Below, in pieces: positions 12,291-20,876 of a stretch of 32,000 nucleotides of DNA. This stretch comes from Caldimicrobium thiodismutans (GTDB taxonomy: Bacteria > Desulfobacterota > Thermodesulfobacteria > Thermodesulfobacteriales > Thermodesulfobacteriaceae): assembly GCF_001548275.1 (NCBI RefSeq), contig NZ_AP014945.1, forward strand, positions 30,001 through 62,000, in the 5' to 3' direction. A program made the translations under genes and the position numbers. The notes under the pieces are model-generated. The model did not search any database. It was not told the DNA's origin and worked only from the letters and a program-made list of their open reading frames with translations. Each line of letters begins with the position of its first letter. The stretch's first letter is position 1.

Positions 12291-12353
12291 ATGGAGGCTT
12301 TTTATATGACAAAACAAATGCTCTTTTCATTCAAAATAGGTCAAAGAACATAA
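12291..12353 (+). CDS. 20-codon ORF inside repeat copy A (MEAFYMTKQMLFSFKIGQRT)
   Basis: AGGAGGTG at 12274-12281 lies 9 nt before ATG 12291. A TTGTAT-n16-TGTTATAAT promoter sits directly upstream. The product has no recognisable family, and translation is inferred from these signals only. Confidence 0.25.
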   Translation: MEAFYMTKQMLFSFKIGQRT

Positions 12354-12623
12354 GAATTCCCTTAATGGTTAACTGAAAGACTAAAAGCTGGATAGTATCT
12401 AAATTTTGGAACTTCTACCGGCAAATTTGGGATATTTATAAAAATTGATTGCGATTCAGGGTTTTAAATTTTGAACCCTTACATGGGGCTGACACCTTAG
12501 GTCTACCAGCTCTTTAACCTCTCACCTCTCACTTCTTAACCCTTACCACCCTTTCTTTTTTTGTAAGAATATAAATTTATTCACCTTTTGTATAGCTTTA
12601 TTTCAATTCTAACTATATAAATT

Positions 12624-14297
12624 TTAGCCTCTTTTTAAAGGTCTAAATAGAATATTTAAATGAGCATAAGAGGAAAAAGGGCTGAATTTTTTGGCAATTT
12701 TTAAAATCAAAAAAAGACCAGAGATTATTAGAGCAATATAGGGAAAGAGATACCCATATCTTTGAAAGAAACTTTGATATCTAAAAAGTTTTATCTCACC
12801 AGATAAAATCTCTTCTTTTTCTAAATCGCTTTTAAAAACAACTCTTCCAAGGGGATCAATGATTCCACTTATTCCAGTGTTTGCGGACTGAAGGGTAAAA
12901 CGCCTTCCTTCAACTGCTCGCACAAGGGCCATTTGAAAGTGCTGATATGGTGCTGAGGTTTTTCCAAACCAGGCGTCGTTAGTGGCAATGAAAATAAGCT
13001 CTCCTCCTTTTTGCAATCGTTTGACGAGTATCTGAGAAAAGGCACTTTCAAAACAGATTAGAGGAACAATCTGTAAATTTCCTTTAGAAAAGGGGATATT
13101 GAGATTTTTTGATTCCCCGGGTTTAATAATATCTGATACCACAGAAATCCTTTTCAAAAAGGGGAAATACTTCACCAAAGGAACATATTCCCCAAAGGGC
13201 ACAAGCTTTTCTTTATCATAGAGGTCTTCAACATTACTACCTGTCCAAACAAGAAGGCTATTATGGACCTTGGGGATTCCTTCGGTGAAACTTACCCTGA
13301 AGATTCCAAAAATGAGGGCAAAGGGCTTTATATTTTCTGCTGAAACCCTTAAGTAAAGGTCCTGTAAAAAACTAAGGTATTTAAGGGTTGGTTCTCGATC
13401 ATAAGGGAAATAGAAGGGAAGGGCTGTTTCAGGATAAAAGATAAGATTTGGCCTTTCCTTTAAAGCATTTATGGTAAGGGATTGGTAAGTTTTTAAAGAT
13501 ATCTCTATTTCTTTAGCTTCTTTGAGCTCTTGAGGTATATTTCCTTGAAGGATACTAACCCTTAGGGTTTCTTTATTTTCATTAAGTAAGGTCATCCATT
13601 TTTGCTTGCTATAATAACCATAAAAAGGAATAAGAAGGATAAGCATTCCAAATAAAAGAACCTGAAGGAGAAAATTTTTAGATTTATATGTAAAATTGGA
13701 AAATCCTTTGTATAAAAAATAAAAGTAGTAGTTAACTATAAAAACCATGAAACTTAGACCCCAGATACCAAAAAGATCAGCCACTTGAAGAAAGAGAGAA
13801 AAATTGCTAAGGGGATAACCTGTAAGTCCCCAGGGGAAACCGGTAAGAAGGGTAGATCTTAAAAATTCAAGGGCAACATACAAGTTTCCTGCAAGCATTC
13901 CCTTAAAAAAGGAAGGTCGGCTAAAGGTATCAAGGAAAGAAGCAAGATATAAAAAAAGAAAATAATATAGTGAAAGATAAGTTGAAAGAATTAAAAGAAT
14001 TATAATTGCTAAGGGATAGGGGATTTGACCATACTTAACAAGGGTATAAACAATCCAGTAAAGGAGAATTGAGTAAAAGGGAATTCCAAAAAAAAGAGAG
14101 ATTTTAAAGAGAGAAAGAATTTTTTTTTCCTTCTCTGCAGTTATCCAGAAAAGAGGAATAAAGGCAAAAAATATCAAAATTGATAAATTTGCCTTAGGGA
14201 AGCTCAGCCCGGTAAGAACAGCTGAAAAAAAGGGTAAAAAAAAGAACCTAAGGGATTTTTTTGATACGGACTTCTTTAATCTGTTTTTCATCTGCAT
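12624..14297 (-). CDS. lnt: Apolipoprotein N-acyltransferase
   Basis: 557 aa with a polytopic N-terminus and a CN-hydrolase domain (YPETALPF, VPFGEYVP, PLICFESAF with the catalytic Cys). It follows corC as in E. coli. The start overlaps the upstream gene by 50 nt, and no alternative downstream start is visible. Confidence 0.9.
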   Translation of the reverse strand: MQMKNRLKKSVSKKSLRFFFLPFFSAVLTGLSFPKANLSILIFFAFIPLFWITAEKEKKILSLFKISLFFGIPFYSILLYWIVYTLVKYGQIPYPLAIIILLILSTYLSLYYFLFLYLASFLDTFSRPSFFKGMLAGNLYVALEFLRSTLLTGFPWGLTGYPLSNFSLFLQVADLFGIWGLSFMVFIVNYYFYFLYKGFSNFTYKSKNFLLQVLLFGMLILLIPFYGYYSKQKWMTLLNENKETLRVSILQGNIPQELKEAKEIEISLKTYQSLTINALKERPNLIFYPETALPFYFPYDREPTLKYLSFLQDLYLRVSAENIKPFALIFGIFRVSFTEGIPKVHNSLLVWTGSNVEDLYDKEKLVPFGEYVPLVKYFPFLKRISVVSDIIKPGESKNLNIPFSKGNLQIVPLICFESAFSQILVKRLQKGGELIFIATNDAWFGKTSAPYQHFQMALVRAVEGRRFTLQSANTGISGIIDPLGRVVFKSDLEKEEILSGEIKLFRYQSFFQRYGYLFPYIALIISGLFLILKIAKKFSPFSSYAHLNILFRPLKRG

Positions 14298-14991
14298 TTA
14301 AAATCTCTATCTCTAAGGGAGGTAAAGAAAATTTTTCTCCTTTCCTGGGGATACGATTTAAATTATATAAGATAAAGCCTGCTATTGTCTCGTAATCCCC
14401 ATCCGGGAATGTTATGCCAAGACACCTTTCAATTAAACGAATTTTAGTGGTTCCTGAAAGGGTGATCCATCCTTCAGGGTCACTGCGTAAACATCTCCTG
14501 GGAGTTAAAAAAAGCTCCTTTAGAATATCCTCAACCCTTATGATTCCAACCAGTTCTGAAAGTTCATCTACCACAAAGGCCAGATCAAGCTCTTGCTCTA
14601 TAAGTTTCCTTAATGCAGTTAGGATAGTTATGTTTTCAGGAAGGGTTAGAGCAGGTTTGATGAAATCTTGCCAGTTAAAGATAGAGGAGTTAAAACCCCT
14701 TATTATATCTTTAAGTTTTAGGTATCCTTTGTAGTGATCCAATATTTCTCTATGGACAGGATACAGGGTGTGAGGATTGGTTATTACATAGCTTTTTACT
14801 TCTTCCCAGGAAAGGGTTATATCAAGAGATTTTACAAGATTTCTGGGAATTAAAAAATCAGCTACTTCAAGCTCTCTAAAGGCTAAAAGCTCTTTAAAAA
14901 AGGCCTCTTCATCAGGAGTAAGTTCCTCTAAGACTGGCTCTCGTTTACCAAAAAGGGATCTAATTACCTCTAAAAAAGAAGATTCTTCCAT
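14248..14991 (-). CDS. corC: CBS-pair + CorC/HlyC transporter-associated domain protein (CorC/YbeX-like)
   Basis: 247 aa with a CBS-pair region and a C-terminal CorC_HlyC-like segment (ETIAGFILYNLNRIPRKGEKF). It is syntenic with lnt. Confidence 0.8.
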   Translation of the reverse strand: MEESSFLEVIRSLFGKREPVLEELTPDEEAFFKELLAFRELEVADFLIPRNLVKSLDITLSWEEVKSYVITNPHTLYPVHREILDHYKGYLKLKDIIRGFNSSIFNWQDFIKPALTLPENITILTALRKLIEQELDLAFVVDELSELVGIIRVEDILKELFLTPRRCLRSDPEGWITLSGTTKIRLIERCLGITFPDGDYETIAGFILYNLNRIPRKGEKFSLPPLEIEILNADEKQIKEVRIKKIP

Positions 14992-15975
14992 TTACCCCAA
15001 GAAATATTTAGAATGTTCTTCTAAGAATTTTACATATTCCTTAATTGCCTCTTCAAGTTCCAGCATGGGACTATTATAACCAACTTTTCTTAATTTGCTA
15101 AGATTTGCTTCAGTGAAATATTGATATTGTTTCTTTAGTTGTTCCGGCATATCTATGTATTCAATTTTAGGGGGAAGATCCAAGGCCTTAAATACTGCGA
15201 TTACAAGGTCTTTAAAGGATCTGGCCTTACCTGTGCCTACATTAAAGATTCCATTAATTTGAGGGTGTTCCATGAAAAAGAGGGTAACCTCTACTGCATC
15301 TTTAACATAGATAAAATCTCTCAGTTGTCCACCATCTTCATAATCTGGGTGATAAGATTTAAAAAGCCTTACCTTCCCATCCTTCTTAATCTGCTCGTAA
15401 GCCTTAAGAGCAACACTTCGCATATCTCCTTTATGAAATTCTCTATCTCCAAAGACATTAAAGTACTTTAACCCAGCTATTGAATTAAGAAATCCCTTTT
15501 GATAAGCCCAGAGATCAAAGAGGTGTTTATAAAATCCATATGGATTCAGAGGTTTAAGTTCATAAAGCTGCTCCTCATCATCATTAAAACCCAAAGATCC
15601 ATCCCCATAAGTAGCTGCTGATGAGGCATAGACAAATCTAATCCCATTTTTCAGGGCATAAAGACAAAGCTTCTGAGAATAAACATAGTTATTTTTGTAA
15701 AGAAAATGGAGATCATGCACGGTTGTATCACTGCAGGCACCAAGATGTATTATAGCTTTAAGATCATAAAATTTATTCTCTTCAATAGACTTAAGAAAAT
15801 CTTCCCGATCAAGATAATCTTCAAATCTTAGGCCTACCAGATTTTTCCACTTAGGACCCTGAGAAAGATGATCCACAATCAGAATTCGCGTCTCGCCTCT
15901 ATCATTGAGAGCCTTCACTACATTTGAACCTATAAATCCTGCTCCTCCAGTTACAACGATTCTTCCGGTTTTCAT
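14992..15975 (-). CDS. hldD: ADP-L-glycero-D-manno-heptose 6-epimerase
   Basis: 327 aa. VTGGAGFIGSN, ASSAATYG and YGFYKHLFD are collinear with E. coli HldD/RfaD as I remember it. Confidence 0.88.
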   Translation of the reverse strand: MKTGRIVVTGGAGFIGSNVVKALNDRGETRILIVDHLSQGPKWKNLVGLRFEDYLDREDFLKSIEENKFYDLKAIIHLGACSDTTVHDLHFLYKNNYVYSQKLCLYALKNGIRFVYASSAATYGDGSLGFNDDEEQLYELKPLNPYGFYKHLFDLWAYQKGFLNSIAGLKYFNVFGDREFHKGDMRSVALKAYEQIKKDGKVRLFKSYHPDYEDGGQLRDFIYVKDAVEVTLFFMEHPQINGIFNVGTGKARSFKDLVIAVFKALDLPPKIEYIDMPEQLKKQYQYFTEANLSKLRKVGYNSPMLELEEAIKEYVKFLEEHSKYFLG

Positions 15976-16070
15976 TTTGAACTCCCCATTTCGTCTCCTT
16001 TGATATTATATTTCTGTTTCAACCAGTTTCTGCTAATATTACACCTCTACCTTTATACCCTTGATTTTTG

Positions 16071-16098
16071 ATTATATAATGGTTTATGGCTTTTACAA
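16071..16098 (-). promoter_or_regulatory. Predicted sigma70-type promoter of hldD operon, abutting the repeat R end
   Basis: The minus strand reads GGACGGATACA tcgcc TTGTAA n16 TATAAT. A leader of about 90 nt follows, then GGGGAG and ATG 15975. Confidence 0.55.
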
Positions 16099-16103
16099 GG
16101 CGA

Positions 16104-16302
16104 TGTATCCGTCCATATCTTTTGAAACTTAAATCTGCCTTTCCTTTTATAATTAACTGTAAAGCCTCCCCTGTAGATGTTGTAACCTCATAATGCCTCA
16201 TTTGATTTTCTAAAGGAATTTATTTTACCTTCTCCTCCTTTTTATTGTCAATTTTTCCCCGAAAATAATTCCCTTTTTTCTCTAAATATGCTCTCTCAAG
16301 CA
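16104..16302 (-). repeat. TIR-bounded intergenic repeat (MITE-like), copy E; degenerate L end
   Basis: 16104-16138 reads TGTATCCGTCCATATCTTTTGAAACTTAAATCTGC. The reverse complement of the copy B R arm reads TGTATAAGTCCATATCTTTTGAGGCTTAAATCTGC. The L end near 16271-16302 (cttttttctctaaatatgctctctcaagca) is a weak match to the L TIR. Confidence 0.6.
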
Positions 16303-16503
16303 TTTTCTGATATCTCCTTATCTTTCTATAAAGCTCCTTAACCACTCTTTCCTTTGAAATAAGCTTTGCTAAAGAACTAAGCTTGTAAATTTAAGAGAGG
16401 CGAAATAGATAGTTTTTTCGTGAAGGTTCAAGAGAGGAGCTGAGATTTTTATATGAGGCAACGATAAAATTTCAAATAGATTTTTAATGAGGCAATTCGA
16501 TGC

Positions 16504-16531
16504 TTGAAAAACTACAGGTCAAAGGTAGAGT
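16504..16531 (+). promoter_or_regulatory. Predicted promoter of ampG
   Basis: TTGAAA n16 TAGAGT. ATG 16540 lies 8 nt after the -10 hexamer, and there is no SD site. Confidence 0.35.
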
Positions 16532-16539
16532 AGTGAGCT

Positions 16540-17748
16540 ATGGAGGATAAAATTAAGCGACTTTTTTGGATTACATCTCTATACTTTTTTTCCGGGCTAC
16601 CTTTTGGATTTTTCTATACTTTTTTACCTGTTTTCTTACGGATGCAAGGGGTAGATCTTGTTAAGATCGGTTTTTTCTCCTCAGCTGGAATTTTTTGGAG
16701 TTTAAAGCCCCTCTGGGCTCCCTTAATAGATAAATATCTTTACAAATCTTTCTGGATATCTATAGCGTTATTTGGAATTGCCCTGAGTATTGGTCTCCTT
16801 TCTTTATTCTCTCCTGAATCCTTTCTTTTTTTCCTTTTTTTATTTGCTTTGACCTTTTTTTCTGCCCTTTTGGATACTGCATTGGATGGGTTTATTATTG
16901 ATTATATTTCAAAGGAAGAATTAGGAAAAGCTAATGGTCTGAGAATTTCAGCCTATCGCGTAGCCCTTATCTTTTCAGGAGGCATATTGGTAGCTCTTTC
17001 AGAATTTTTAAATTTTAAGCCCATATTTATAATTTTTTCCCTTCTGTGTTTATTTATGGCCTTACTTGTATTTTTGAATGGTGAACTCAGAATTAAAAAT
17101 TCCTCTTCCTTAAACTTGAATATTATTGAGCAATATCTTGCCCCTTTTAAGGAGCTCTTAAAAAGAGAGAAAATTTTTATTATTTTTCTCTTTGTTGCCC
17201 TTTATAAAATTGGAGATGCCCTCCTTGGTGGTATGGTCTATCCCTTCTGGGTTGATAGGGGCTTTAGTAGACTTGAAATAGGGTTCATTTCTGGAACCCT
17301 TGGTTCTCTTTTTACAATACTTGGTTCTCTCATTGGAGGCTATTATACTGGTAAACTTGGGCTTAAGAGAGCCCTTCTTATTATGGGGTTTCTACAGGCT
17401 TTATCTAATCTTGGTTATACCGTAGTTGCATATCCCGAGTTAGATAGGAGGTGGGTCTATATTGCAAGTATTATTGAGAGTTTTACCGGGGGTCTTGGCA
17501 CATCTGCCTTTTTAACCTTTTTGACTTCCCTTTGTAAACAGAACTTTTCCTCTTCGCAATATGCCATCTTTTCAACCCTTTTTAGTCTTACTCTGGTTAT
17601 ATCAAGAACCCTAAGCGGATTAGGAGCCAAAGCCCTGGGCTACTTTACTTTTTTTGGAGTGACCTTTTTGATAGCCCTTTTACCCCTTATTTTGATTCCC
17701 CTCATCTTAAAAGGGGATTACAATAAATTAAAGGGTAAAGAAGTATAA
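16540..17748 (+). CDS. ampG: AmpG-family MFS transporter (muropeptide permease family)
   Basis: 402 aa and polytopic. The N-terminal pattern SGLPFGFFYTFLPVFLRMQGVDLVKIGFFSSAGIFWSLKPLWAPLIDKY matches AmpG family hallmarks. Confidence 0.78.
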   Translation: MEDKIKRLFWITSLYFFSGLPFGFFYTFLPVFLRMQGVDLVKIGFFSSAGIFWSLKPLWAPLIDKYLYKSFWISIALFGIALSIGLLSLFSPESFLFFLFLFALTFFSALLDTALDGFIIDYISKEELGKANGLRISAYRVALIFSGGILVALSEFLNFKPIFIIFSLLCLFMALLVFLNGELRIKNSSSLNLNIIEQYLAPFKELLKREKIFIIFLFVALYKIGDALLGGMVYPFWVDRGFSRLEIGFISGTLGSLFTILGSLIGGYYTGKLGLKRALLIMGFLQALSNLGYTVVAYPELDRRWVYIASIIESFTGGLGTSAFLTFLTSLCKQNFSSSQYAIFSTLFSLTLVISRTLSGLGAKALGYFTFFGVTFLIALLPLILIPLILKGDYNKLKGKEV

Positions 17749-18371
17749 TATAAAACCAAGTTAGAAAGAACCTTTAAAAGAGGATATAAAGTTCTTCCAA
17801 TGATCCCTGTAATTGCAAGGATTAAAATGATAAAAAAACCAAAGAGCTCAAGTTTTAAGTAATTTTCTCTAAGTTCAGGAGGTAAAAATTTAACAAGGAC
17901 TTTACTTCCATCTAAAGGGGGAATAGGTAAAAAATTAAAGATAGCAAGCCCCAAATTTAGTTTTATACCAAGGAAGGAAAGCAAGGCTAAGGGTTCTGAA
18001 ATCTTGAGATTTCCAAATGAAAAATTAGCCAATGTAAAAAAATGGTATAAGAAACCAAAAAGGATAGCTGAGAAAAAATTTGAAAGAGGCCCTGCAGCAG
18101 AAGTTAAAGCCATATCTCTCCAGGGATTTTTAAAATAATTTGGATTAATAGGAACAGGTTTAGCCCAACCAATAGCCTGAGTGATAAAAAGAGTAATTGT
18201 CCCCAAGGGATCAAGATGTTTGATAGGATTTAGGGTAAGCCTTTTTGCTATTTTTGGAGTAGGGTCTCCGAGTAAATAAGCGATAAGGCCATGGGAGAAT
18301 TCATGAATCGTTAAGGCAAAGAGTAAGATCGGAATAAGTAAGATAATTAGCTGTAAATCAAACATAAGCAA
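17718..18371 (-). CDS. Site-2 protease family (peptidase M50) membrane metalloprotease
   Basis: 217 aa with the HEFSHGL (HExxH) motif in a TM helix and a downstream NFLPIPPLDG motif. Confidence 0.82.
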   Translation of the reverse strand: MLMFDLQLIILLIPILLFALTIHEFSHGLIAYLLGDPTPKIAKRLTLNPIKHLDPLGTITLFITQAIGWAKPVPINPNYFKNPWRDMALTSAAGPLSNFFSAILFGFLYHFFTLANFSFGNLKISEPLALLSFLGIKLNLGLAIFNFLPIPPLDGSKVLVKFLPPELRENYLKLELFGFFIILILAITGIIGRTLYPLLKVLSNLVLYYTSLPFNLL

Positions 18372-18375
18372 AATA

Positions 18376-19605
18376 TTAGTATTTAAGTTGAGACAGGGCC
18401 TTTATATTTTTAAGAATATTCAAGGCCATTTGCACCTGAAAGTCTTCTTCAATCGAGGGAAATCTTTTCAAGGTCTCATCTTCTTTAGAATGGATTGTTC
18501 CATTTTTCTTAGGAATTTCCATTGCAGGCAAATCTAAATCTGGTTGAATTCCCTGTTTATTAATGGTGACACCACTTGGAGTATAATAAAGAGCGGTAGT
18601 CAAGCGAACAGCATAGTTATCCTCTATAGGTATAACAGTCTGAACCGAGCCCTTTCCGAAACTTTTTTCCCCTAAAACTAAGGCTCTTTTATGATCTTTG
18701 AGGGCACCTGTCACAATCTCTGAAGCTGACGCAGAACCATGATTGATTAAAATAACAAGAGGATACTTATGCTTCCTATCTGAAGGGTTAGGGGTTGCCC
18801 TAAAAACCATCTGGTTGTCTTTATTTTTTCCCTTAATTGAAACAATCGTTCCATTTTCTAAAAATTCATCACTTACTTCAACCGCTGAGGAAAGAAGCCC
18901 ACCGGGGTTATTTCTCAGGTCAAGGATTAAACCTTTAAGAGGGGTTTCGGATTCTAATTTTTTTAGTGCCTCTACTAATTCGGCAGGGGTTTTTTCCTGA
19001 AATTGAGAAATACGGATATAGCCATAACCAGGTTCAATAAGTTTGGCCTTTACACTTTTGATGGGAATTACATCCCTTATTATGGTTATCTCTTTGAGGT
19101 CTTTATCGTTCCTTAAGATAGTAAGTTTTACTGAAGATCCCTTGGGACCCCGCAGGAGCTTTACAGCCTCGGTTATTTTCATTCCCTTTGTAGATTTATC
19201 ATCAATTTTAAGAATACGGTCTCCTGGTTTCAGGCCTGCTTTCCAGGCTGGAGTATCTTCAATAGGGGCAACAACTGTTAAGATGTCATCTTTTATGGTA
19301 ATTTCTATACCAATCCCGGTAAAAGAGCCCTTGGTCTCTATTTCAAGTTCTTTAAATTCCTCAGGTTTGAGAAGAGAAGAGTGAGGATCAAGAGAAGAAA
19401 GCATTCCATCTATAGCCCCAAAAATTAAATCCTTGGGATTTACTTCTGTTACATAATTTTCTTCAATTAACCGGAACACCTGAGAAAAAAGTTTTAGCGC
19501 CTTAAAAGTATCTTCTTTTTTTTCTAAGGATAGGGCCTGGGAAAACAAAATAAATAAGCTAAGACTCAGAAAAAGGGCTAAGAAAAGTTTCTTTTTTCTC
19601 TCCAT
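18376..19605 (-). CDS. Carboxy-terminal processing protease (S41) with PDZ domain
   Basis: 409 aa with a signal peptide, a PDZ domain (GIGIEI...PAWKAGLKPGDRILKID) and the S41 core (DLRNNPGG, GSASASEI). Confidence 0.92.
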   Translation of the reverse strand: MERKKKLFLALFLSLSLFILFSQALSLEKKEDTFKALKLFSQVFRLIEENYVTEVNPKDLIFGAIDGMLSSLDPHSSLLKPEEFKELEIETKGSFTGIGIEITIKDDILTVVAPIEDTPAWKAGLKPGDRILKIDDKSTKGMKITEAVKLLRGPKGSSVKLTILRNDKDLKEITIIRDVIPIKSVKAKLIEPGYGYIRISQFQEKTPAELVEALKKLESETPLKGLILDLRNNPGGLLSSAVEVSDEFLENGTIVSIKGKNKDNQMVFRATPNPSDRKHKYPLVILINHGSASASEIVTGALKDHKRALVLGEKSFGKGSVQTVIPIEDNYAVRLTTALYYTPSGVTINKQGIQPDLDLPAMEIPKKNGTIHSKEDETLKRFPSIEEDFQVQMALNILKNIKALSQLKY

Positions 19606-19680
19606 TTGTGCCTCACTCCTGTGCTTTTATCAATTCAAATAATTAACCACTATAATAGAAAAAATCAAGAGTAAAAAAAG

Positions 19681-19821
19681 GGTATAAGTTCATATCCTTA
19701 AAAAAGAAAAAGGAGAGGTGGAAAAGGGTGAAAAGGTGAGAGGAGGTAAAGGAACACATAGGGTTACCGCTACTTTGAAAGGGGATGCAGATTTAAGCCT
19801 CAAAAGATATGGACTTATACA
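19681..19821 (+). repeat. TIR-bounded intergenic repeat (MITE-like), copy B; minimal 141-bp form
   Basis: The L TIR is GGTATAAGTTCATATCCTT at 19681. The R TIR is AAAAGATATGGACTTATACA ending at 19821. The two arms are near-perfect inverted repeats. The interior is a purine-rich tract (ggagaggtggaaaagggtgaaaaggtgagaggaggtaaagg). Confidence 0.75.
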
Positions 19822-19826
19822 AAGGG

Positions 19827-19855
19827 CTGACAAAGTAAAAAAATATGGTTAAATA
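19827..19855 (+). promoter_or_regulatory. Predicted promoter of the bamE-like/pcm operon, abutting the repeat R end
   Basis: GGACTTATACA aaggg CTGACA n17 TAAATA. The ATG at 19861 lies only 5 nt after the -10 hexamer. Confidence 0.45.
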
Positions 19856-19860
19856 GAAAC

Positions 19861-20208
19861 ATGCAGAAATTTCTTTATCTTATTCTTAGCATTTTTATCT
19901 TTTCAGCCTGTTCAACCACTCCTGGGCCTAATCTTGCCTCTAAGGCCTCCTTAATTCATAAGGAGGTTAGCACCAAGGCAGAGGTATTGGCCTATTTAGG
20001 TCCTCCTGTTCAGGCCTTTGTTAGGCCTGATAAGAAGGAAGAGTGGTATTATTATTATCGGGTCAAAAACTTCTGGGAAAATTTTCCTATAGTAAAGGGT
20101 TATAAAGGAGAAGATTACACAGAAGTTTTAAAAATAGTCTTTGAAGGAGAAAAGGTGGTTGAAGTTATCTATTATACCTTAGTTAATCCTGAAAAGCAGA
20201 AGAGGTGA
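19861..20208 (+). CDS. Small lipoprotein, BamE/SmpA-OmlA-like
   Basis: 115 aa. The lipobox IFSAC sits at the end of the signal peptide. STKAEVLAYLGPP...WYYYY resembles the SmpA_OmlA pattern. The family assignment is tentative. Confidence 0.5.
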   Translation: MQKFLYLILSIFIFSACSTTPGPNLASKASLIHKEVSTKAEVLAYLGPPVQAFVRPDKKEEWYYYYRVKNFWENFPIVKGYKGEDYTEVLKIVFEGEKVVEVIYYTLVNPEKQKR

Positions 20209-20216
20209 TCCCTTAG

Positions 20217-20876
20217 ATGATAGAAAATGGTGATATTTACAGGATTGCCCGGGAGAAAATGGTTGAAAACCAGATCCGGGCAAGAGGTATTCGTGATGAA
20301 AGGGTTCTCAAGGCTATGCTTAAAGTTCCAAGGCACCTTTTTGTTGAGCCAGCCCTTAGAGATCAAGCTTATGGAGATTTCCCCCTACCTATCGGGGAAA
20401 AACAAACTATTTCTCAGCCTTACATTGTGGCTTTAATGACTGAAGCCCTTGAACTTACAGGGAAAGAACGGGTGCTTGAAATTGGAACTGGCTCGGGGTA
20501 TCAAACTGCTATCTTAGCAGAACTTGCCCTGTGGGTCTATACTATTGAAAAATATCCAAGCTTACAAGAAAGGGCCAAAAAGATTCTTATTCAGGAACTT
20601 TCTTATAAAAATATATCTTTTAAAATTGGAGATGGGACCTTAGGCTGGAAGGAGGCCTCACCCTTTTCTGCTATAATTGTTACAGCAGCCTCTCCCCAGA
20701 TTCCTCAACCACTTATAGAGCAACTTGAAGAGGGTGGAAGAATTGTGATCCCTGTTGGAGATGAGTTTTCTCAAATGCTTATTAAAGGGGTTAAACGAGG
20801 TGGGACTCTTCATACCAAAACTCTTGAGCCTGTAAGATTTGTCAAATTGATTGGGGAGTATGGATTTAAAGAATAG
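20217..20876 (+). CDS. pcm: Protein-L-isoaspartate O-methyltransferase
   Basis: 219 aa with [19 protein letters not shown] and the SAM motif [13 protein letters not shown]. Confidence 0.93.
   Translation: MIENGDIYRIAREKMVENQIRARGIRDERVLKAMLKVPRHLFVEPALRDQAYGDFPLPIGEKQTISQPYIVALMTEALELTGKERVLEIGTGSGYQTAILAELALWVYTIEKYPSLQERAKKILIQELSYKNISFKIGDGTLGWKEASPFSAIIVTAASPQIPQPLIEQLEEGGRIVIPVGDEFSQMLIKGVKRGGTLHTKTLEPVRFVKLIGEYGFKE

Larger units (their letters stand above)
12186..12583 (-). repeat. TIR-bounded intergenic repeat (MITE-like), copy A; long, rearranged
   Basis: The R end is TGTATAAGTCC at 12186-12196, with only 11 nt conserved. The L arm at 12500-12583 is homologous to the L arms of copies B, C and D (ttgtaagaatataaatttattca; polypyrimidine cctctcacctctcac...ccaccctttc). 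A palindromic hairpin lies at 12458-12479. An internal insert of about 225 bp is bounded by the 12-bp inverted repeat TTGCCGGTAGAA (12201-12212 and 12413-12424). Confidence 0.65.

Noticed and set aside
16019-16201. 60-aa ORF (MRHYEVTTSTGEALQL...) as a hypothetical protein, or as an integrase/toxin fragment
   Set aside because: It lies on top of the predicted hldD promoter and the R arm of repeat copy E. It has no SD site and matches no family I can recognise. Upstream fragments in other frames are broken by stops.
19811-19821. Similarity of the repeat end (GACTTATACA) to the Tn5/IS50 outside end (CTGACTCTTATACACAAGT), suggesting an IS4-family origin
   Set aside because: The shared CTTATACA is short. 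It also lies in the opposite orientation relative to the element tip: in Tn5 the CTGAC end is outermost, whereas here TACA is outermost. This is probably coincidence.
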